Positions 63,792 to 64,000 of a DNA stretch of 64,000 bases are shown here, piece by piece. The stretch lies in the IMG/VR virus record IMGVR_UViG_2571042390_000001; one strand, 5' to 3'. The notes under the pieces were generated by a model. That model ran no database searches. It was not told where the DNA came from and was given only the letters and a program-made list of their open reading frames with translations. The stretch comes from a virus (Duplodnaviria > Heunggongvirae > Uroviricota > Caudoviricetes). Each line of letters opens with the position of its first letter. Within the stretch, counting starts at the first letter, position 1. A program made the translations under genes and the position numbers.

Positions 63792-63980
63792 ATGACAGCA
63801 CGCAGAGAGAAACGCCAGCGCCGATTGAAGCGAATGCAGGAGGCGCGCCGGAACATGGCAATACCGGTTCGGATTCATTCAGCATTCTGGAAGAGCAACC
63901 CGCCGCCAAAGCTGATAGCCATGATAATTTTGCTGATAGCAACGGTGGCCTTACTCCGGATGCTGGCGAATCAGATATAG
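63792..63980 (+). CDS. Possible small tail-anchored membrane protein
   Basis: 62 aa; RBS aaggag 7 nt upstream; basic N-terminus (TARREKRQRRLKRMQEARR) and hydrophobic C-terminus (LIAMIILLIATVALL). Confidence 0.3.
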   Translation: MTARREKRQRRLKRMQEARRNMAIPVRIHSAFWKSNPPPKLIAMIILLIATVALLRMLANQI

Positions 63981-64000
63981 CCATACTTCCATCTTCCCTG

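Noticed and set aside
63568-63984. 138-aa minus-strand ORF at the window edge
   Set aside because: Low-complexity Ala/Ser/Leu-rich translation, no RBS, and it overlaps a plus-strand small ORF that has a good RBS; most likely a shadow frame.
1-64000. CRISPR arrays, insertion sequences, integrons, retron/reverse transcriptase genes, rRNA
   Set aside because: No repeat-spacer arrays, no transposase-like or RT-like reading frames, and no rRNA-like conserved blocks were seen on either strand.

Overview
This window reads as a segment of a P1-family plasmid-prophage, most likely the Dre/rox lineage typified by phage D6. Evidence: a Cre-like tyrosine recombinase with a 32-bp site matching the published rox sequence from memory, a near-P1 phd-doc module, humD, hot, ref, icd/ant immunity modules, PacA/PacB terminase, a DarB-like giant methyltransferase-helicase, a Cin-family invertase next to tail-fibre cassettes, and a phage tRNA array. 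Gene order differs from what I recall of P1, so the element looks mosaic. Layout: 1-2919 tail-fibre cassettes, Tfa and invertase; 3136-13713 holin-like genes, large putative virion proteins and head genes; 13914-16418 first icd/ant-like module; 17088-23924 DarB-like gene; 24795-27122 small operator-gated operons; 27142-28357 ORF-poor structured region; 28358-29650 five tRNA genes; 31179-36928 Lpa-position gene, pacA, pacB, putative repressor, rox, dre; 37002-40845 dUTPase and a degenerate terminase paralogue; 40881-54060 a long minus-strand accessory operon; 54174-56720 ref and second icd/ant; 56780-64000 accessory genes including two HigBA pairs and an AT-rich gene pair. No rRNA, CRISPR array, IS element or reverse transcriptase was seen. 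The most interesting unexplained signals are a five-copy DUF2829-like domain family in different fusion contexts, an ATPase-dead terminase paralogue, an operator-gated VRR-NUC mini-operon, an AT-rich HTH plus membrane protein pair, and a three-cassette tail-fibre inversion region. All assignments come from reading the sequence and recalled motifs; no database search was run, and sequences quoted from memory (rox, P1 Phd, theta, DUF2829 consensus) need confirmation.
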